Of a DNA stretch of 64,000 bases, positions 59,549-64,000 are shown one piece after another (the first letter of the stretch is position 1; each line of letters starts with the position of its first letter). The stretch spans positions 1,568,001-1,632,000 of the forward strand of contig CP143273.1 in assembly GCA_051013385.1 (NCBI GenBank), given 5' to 3'. Below the pieces are notes generated by a model. That model was given only the letters and a program-made list of their open reading frames with translations. It was not told the DNA's origin and ran no database searches. Both the position numbers and the translations under genes were made by a program. Source of the stretch: Phormidium sp. (GTDB lineage: Bacteria; Cyanobacteriota; Cyanobacteriia; Cyanobacteriales; Aerosakkonemataceae).

Positions 59549-59583
59549 AAAAACCCGGTTTCTTGAAGAAACCGGGTTTTTTT
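59549..59583. repeat. AAAACCCGGTTTCTT-G-AAGAAACCGGGTTTT palindrome / bidirectional terminator
   Basis: Same family as the element at 25846; lies between convergent genes. Confidence 0.8.
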
Positions 59584-59595
59584 TGTACCTCAATC

Positions 59596-60477
59596 TTAAA
59601 AGAGCAATCCGCCAATCATTCCGGCAAGTAATCCAAACCCAATCCAGACATTTTGGCGAAAGATTTGCCCATAAACGGGTTTTGCTAAATCGGTTTTGCG
59701 TAATTGGGAATAATGCCAAATCCAGCCAACTATGGCGGCGACAAAAGCTAACCAAAAGCCGAAATGTAGCTGCATATCTATGCCTAACCAAGCTAGCAAA
59801 AAAGCAGTGCCAAAAAAGAAAATTCCCACTGCTTCTGGTGCAAATTGACCAAAAAATAAAGCACTAGAATTAATCCCAATGCGGCGATCGTCTTCTTTGT
59901 CACTCATGGCATAAACCGTATCAAATCCCAGTGTCCAAAACACTGTTGCACCCCAAAGCAACCAAGTATCAAATTCTAAATTTCCTACGGCTGCACTCCA
60001 ACTAATTAATACGGCAAAACCCCAAGCAATTGATAGGACTAATTGGGGGATGGGAAACACTCGTTTAGCTGTAGGGTAAAAAATAATTACGGGAATTGCA
60101 GCGACGCATAACCAAAAGCTTAAAGGATTTAGATAAAGTGCTAACACACCTGCACAACATAAAGCGATAATGGCGATCGCAATTCCGGTGCGAATTGATA
60201 AAGCGCGAGAAGCTAAGGGACGTTCTTTTGTTCTTTCCACTTGCGGATCGATATCACGATCCCACAAATCATTCACAACACAACCTGCTGCACTTGTAGC
60301 TAAACTCCCTAAGACAATTACGCCGACGAGTAGCGCTGGTGGTGTGCCCCTAGCTGCTAAAAACACTGCCCAAAGTGCAGGTATCATTAAAATTAAACGT
60401 CCTGCTGGTTTATCCCATCTCAACAGTCGAATTATGGTAGCGCCGGGGAAAGTTTGCTGTGTGTCTTGAGAGAGCAT
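59596..60477 (-). CDS. ubiA: 4-hydroxybenzoate solanesyltransferase (UbiA family)
   Basis: RWDKPAG, NDLWDRDID, RPLAS, DTVYAMSD..DD. Confidence 0.93.
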   Translation of the reverse strand: MLSQDTQQTFPGATIIRLLRWDKPAGRLILMIPALWAVFLAARGTPPALLVGVIVLGSLATSAAGCVVNDLWDRDIDPQVERTKERPLASRALSIRTGIAIAIIALCCAGVLALYLNPLSFWLCVAAIPVIIFYPTAKRVFPIPQLVLSIAWGFAVLISWSAAVGNLEFDTWLLWGATVFWTLGFDTVYAMSDKEDDRRIGINSSALFFGQFAPEAVGIFFFGTAFLLAWLGIDMQLHFGFWLAFVAAIVGWIWHYSQLRKTDLAKPVYGQIFRQNVWIGFGLLAGMIGGLLF

Positions 60478-60742
60478 AGTTTGAGTTATATCAATTTATC
60501 CTTTACTAAAAATATCGTTACATTATTTGGTTTGATTTTGGCAATCTACGCCCCTGCAAACCTAGTTTTGCAGAAGTTACCCGGTTTCTTTGTCGCTAAA
60601 TTACCGGAAAAATGCTGTATTTGTTCCTTGTTCCCTCCTCCCTGGCAATTTTCAATTTGGATTGATTGCCGGGAAAGGAGGAGAAAAACTGATATTATTC
60701 CTGAAGGGAGAGGGTTTAAACTGTGTCGTAGATCCAACTATT

Positions 60743-62392
60743 ATGGGAAATCCTGTTGTGGAAAATCAGGTAAATATTCCTAGTGCTACTGGGGAAAAAA
60801 ATCGCATTCTCGCTGCTATTGATATGGGGACTAATTCGATTCACATGGTAGTGGTGCGAATTATCCCAGAATTACCAGCTTTTATGATTATTGAACGGGA
60901 AAAAGATACAGTAAGGTTAGGCGATCGCGATCCCGATACCCACAACTTAAAACCGGAAGCTATGGAAAGGGCAATTTCGACTTTACATCGTTGTCGCGAA
61001 CTTGCCAAAACTTTGAATGCAGAACAAATTATTGCTGTGGCGACTAGTGCGGTACGCGAAGCACCTAATGGGCGAGATTTTCTCAAGCAAGTTGAAGCGG
61101 AAACTGGGTTAGTTGTCGATTTAATTTCTGGACAAGAGGAAGCAAGAAGAATTTATTTAGGCGTTTTGTCGGGGATGGAATTTAATAACCAACCCCACAT
61201 TATTATTGATATTGGGGGCGGTTCTACAGAGTTAATTTTAGGAGATAGTCAGGAACCGCGATCGCTCAGTAGTACCAAAGTTGGTGCAGTTAGACTTAGC
61301 GCTGAATTTATTAGCACCGATCCGATTAGTAACTCGGAGTTTTATTACCTGCAAGCTTACATTCGGGTAATGTTAGAAAGAGCAGTTGATGATTTAAAAG
61401 CTAATTTAAAACCCGGTGAATCTCCCCGTTTAGTCGGAACTTCGGGGACTATTGAAGCTTTAGCTATGATTCACGCTAGGGAAAAATTTGGGATGATTCC
61501 TAATCCTTTGAATGGCTATCAATTTAGTTTAAAAGATTTACGAGATATTGTAAATCGCCTTCGCAAAATGAATAACACCGAACGCGGTGCTATACCGGGA
61601 ATGTCCGATCGGCGATCGGAAATTATTTTACCGGGCGCTTTAATTTTACAAGAAGCGATGTCTTTATTAGGCACAGAAAATCTCACCATTTGTGAGCGCA
61701 GTTTGCGGGAAGGTGTCATAGTTGATTGGATGCTGACTCATGGTTTAATTGAAGATCGGTTGCGCTATCAAAGTTCAGTTAGAGAACGCAGCGTTTTCCA
61801 ATCTGCTCAAAAATATCGAGTTGATTTAGCACATAGTCAAAGAGTTGCAGAATTTGCGCTCAGTATCTTCGATCAAACCAAAGGTAAATTACATAATTGG
61901 GGAGAATTAGAAAGAGAATTACTTTGGGCTGGGGCTATTTTACATAATAGCGGACATTATGTTAGTCATTCAGCACACCACAAGCATTCTTACTATTTAA
62001 TTCGCTATAGTGAGTTACTTGGTTACACGGAAACAGAAATCGAACTAATTGCTAATTTAGCTCGGTATCACCGAAAAAGCGCCCCGAAGAAAAAACATGA
62101 AAACTTTCGGAATTTACCGACAAAAGAATATCGCCTAATGGTGAGTCAGTTAAGTGCTTTCCTGCGAATATCGGTAGCATTAGATAGAAGACAAATTGGT
62201 GCTATTAGTCGCTTGGAGTGTGAGTATATTCCATATTTGGCAGAATTTCGCTTAAAACTTTTCCCGACTTTCCCTGATGATGATTGCGCCTTAGAACTTT
62301 GGAGTTTAAATTATAAGAAGGATTCTTTTGAAGCTGAATACAGCTTGAAATTGGTTGCTCAATTGGAACCTACTGCTGTTACTGTTGGTTAA
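60743..62392 (+). CDS. ppx: Exopolyphosphatase Ppx/GppA
   Basis: IDMGTNS, ATSAVR, EEAR, DIGGGSTE, C-terminal HD-like domain. Confidence 0.95.
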   Translation: MGNPVVENQVNIPSATGEKNRILAAIDMGTNSIHMVVVRIIPELPAFMIIEREKDTVRLGDRDPDTHNLKPEAMERAISTLHRCRELAKTLNAEQIIAVATSAVREAPNGRDFLKQVEAETGLVVDLISGQEEARRIYLGVLSGMEFNNQPHIIIDIGGGSTELILGDSQEPRSLSSTKVGAVRLSAEFISTDPISNSEFYYLQAYIRVMLERAVDDLKANLKPGESPRLVGTSGTIEALAMIHAREKFGMIPNPLNGYQFSLKDLRDIVNRLRKMNNTERGAIPGMSDRRSEIILPGALILQEAMSLLGTENLTICERSLREGVIVDWMLTHGLIEDRLRYQSSVRERSVFQSAQKYRVDLAHSQRVAEFALSIFDQTKGKLHNWGELERELLWAGAILHNSGHYVSHSAHHKHSYYLIRYSELLGYTETEIELIANLARYHRKSAPKKKHENFRNLPTKEYRLMVSQLSAFLRISVALDRRQIGAISRLECEYIPYLAEFRLKLFPTFPDDDCALELWSLNYKKDSFEAEYSLKLVAQLEPTAVTVG

Positions 62393-62458
62393 GGGTACAA
62401 ATAACTTGTCGAAGTTGAGATGGCGCGATCGACCCTCGCTCTGCAAAAATAAAAGTTC

Positions 62459-63247
62459 ATGAAAACAAACAGCCTGTTTTATCACATCTTCCAAAATTTT
62501 CCCAGTATCTTTTTTGAACTGATTGGACACCCGCCAACAGAAACCAGCGGCTATGAGTTTCAATCTATCGAATTCAAAGATACAAATCAAAGAATTGATG
62601 GCATATTTATTCCCGCTAAACGCACCCGTCAACCAATTTATTTTGTTGGCGTACAATCTCAATTCGATGAGGATTTTTACTATCGATTTTTTACGGAAAT
62701 CTTTCTTTATTTAGACCAAAATAAATCTAACAGAGATTGGTTTGCTATGGCGGTTTATCCCCGTCGCCTGATTGAATCAGTAGTCCCAAGACCTTACCAA
62801 TGGTTAGTAGAAAGCGACCATATTAAACGTTTGTACTTAGATGAATTAGGACTGATTGCTAATCAATCATTGGGTTTGGGAATGTTAAAATTACTGGTGG
62901 AAGATGAAGCTAAAGCTCAACAGAGAGCCGAGTATTTAATTCATCAAATCCAGCAACTAACTCCCAGTAAAGAACAAGCAAACTTTGCGGATTTATTGAC
63001 AACAGTTTTAGCATATAAATTCCCACAATTGGGAATTCAGGAGTTAACGAAAATGTTTGAATTAAGCGAATTAAAACAAAGCAACCTTTATCAAGAAGCT
63101 AAGACAGAAGGGAAATTAGAAACGGTTCCTCTGTTATTAGAATTAGGATTGAGCGTGGAGAGAATTGCTCAAGAATTGCATTTAGATCTTGTGCAAGTGA
63201 AAGAAGCGGCTCAAGAATTAGCTGGACAAGAAACTACTTTGGAATAG
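62459..63247 (+). CDS. Rpn family (DUF2887-type) PD-(D/E)xK nuclease-like protein
   Basis: MKTNSLFY.IFQ.FP, YEFQSIEFK, RIDGIF, PIYFVGVQ, EGKLETVP tail. Confidence 0.85.
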   Translation: MKTNSLFYHIFQNFPSIFFELIGHPPTETSGYEFQSIEFKDTNQRIDGIFIPAKRTRQPIYFVGVQSQFDEDFYYRFFTEIFLYLDQNKSNRDWFAMAVYPRRLIESVVPRPYQWLVESDHIKRLYLDELGLIANQSLGLGMLKLLVEDEAKAQQRAEYLIHQIQQLTPSKEQANFADLLTTVLAYKFPQLGIQELTKMFELSELKQSNLYQEAKTEGKLETVPLLLELGLSVERIAQELHLDLVQVKEAAQELAGQETTLE

Positions 63248-63401
63248 CTGTTTTGGGGAGGAGGGGATTGGGGATTGAGGAAGTTGTGTGAGATAAAGAA
63301 CTGGCATAATGAAAAACAAATTTCGCGTAAAATTCCACAGGTGTTAATCCCACCAAAAATCACCGAGTCTGGAATTTGCTCAGGGTAAAGCTGAGGACTG
63401 T

Positions 63402-63692
63402 TTAATTTCCTCGCAGTGTTTGATACCTGTAGGAAGCGTATGTATCAAAAATTGCCCCTACGACAGCGAAAGCAAACCCGATCGCCAAAACGCCATCCAT
63501 CGGAGAACCATCACCAAAAATTTCCAAAAACCTCGCCAATCCCTCAATTCCAGACTGACAAAGAATCTCAAAACCGGGAACGAAACCCACCAAAGACAGA
63601 CCAACTAAGATTGCACCAATCAGAAATACTGGAGCAACGAAGCTGAAAGCAGTTGTCAGCAGCAAGCGAAAGAACTTCGGTAAAATACTCAT
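63402..63692 (-). CDS. Small conserved-type membrane protein
   Basis: Hydrophobic 96-aa ORF, FSFVAP...FG.GSP..G...GAIFDTY. Confidence 0.75.
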   Translation of the reverse strand: MSILPKFFRLLLTTAFSFVAPVFLIGAILVGLSLVGFVPGFEILCQSGIEGLARFLEIFGDGSPMDGVLAIGFAFAVVGAIFDTYASYRYQTLRGN

Positions 63693-63828
63693 GTTCGGAA
63701 ATGATATTGCAATTGAACTGAGTCACGGCAAGCTGATTGATTTACCTTGCCACTATATACAATAAGCGCAATACCCAAATTCTCACCCAAAGTTTAAAAA
63801 TCTTAAATCTTCCTTAAGAAATCGTAGG

Positions 63829-63912
63829 TTGACACTCCCCATGCCTAAAGGCGAGGGGATTCTTCATTCACAGACTCGGCTTGCCGTAATATCAGGCGCT
63901 CAGTCCAAAGCG
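63829..63912 (-). mobile_element. IS200/IS605 right end (tnpB 3' end / reRNA scaffold remnant)
   Basis: Minus strand ...TGAAGAATCCCCTCGCCTTTAGGCATGGGGAGTGTCAA, a hairpin ending in TCAA. Confidence 0.75.
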
Positions 63913-64000
63913 GGATAATGTGGTGAGGGAAGGGAATAGGGAACAAAGAGTGAGCCAAACAAGTTCTAATTCAGATTTACAGAGATGGGGGCGGCGTTTA

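Noticed and set aside
60590..60742. Extended ppx N-terminus
   Set aside because: No Ppx-like sequence; the start is better placed at ATG 60743.
500..63646. Numerous 60-160 aa ORFs antisense to or overlapping confident genes
   Set aside because: No recognisable motifs; explained as shadow frames.

Overview
64 kb of chromosome from a cyanobacterium. Evidence for this is abundant HIP1 (GCGATCGC), STRR heptamer/octamer repeats, petL, an HLIP gene and a knotless phytochrome; it is probably a filamentous Oscillatoriales-type strain (inference). The window is mostly housekeeping genes (polA, rsmI, cysQ, uraD, era, aroB, petL, hemE, ald, fmt, ubiA-like, ppx) mixed with many signalling genes (four GGDEF-containing proteins, a hybrid kinase, a CheY/CheC operon). 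Intergenic DNA is densely populated by small mobile repeats: several REP/REPIN families, MITEs and IS200/IS605 remnants. Top candidates for a second look are: (1) a small basic ORF with a KGRGGS motif and an intrinsic terminator inside its coding sequence, the architecture of ArfA/BrfA-type ribosome-rescue factors regulated by non-stop mRNA; (2) an orphan two-spacer CRISPR mini-array whose third repeat is split by nested MITEs; (3) a REP family with compensatory stem changes, amplified into a 12x28 bp array; (4) a 349-aa protein with a Cys-less phycobiliprotein-like domain; (5) an internally deleted GIY-YIG nuclease next to an intact small partner gene; (6) an Rpn nuclease with an internal RBS and ATG. 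All homology calls are from motif recognition by eye; no searches were run.
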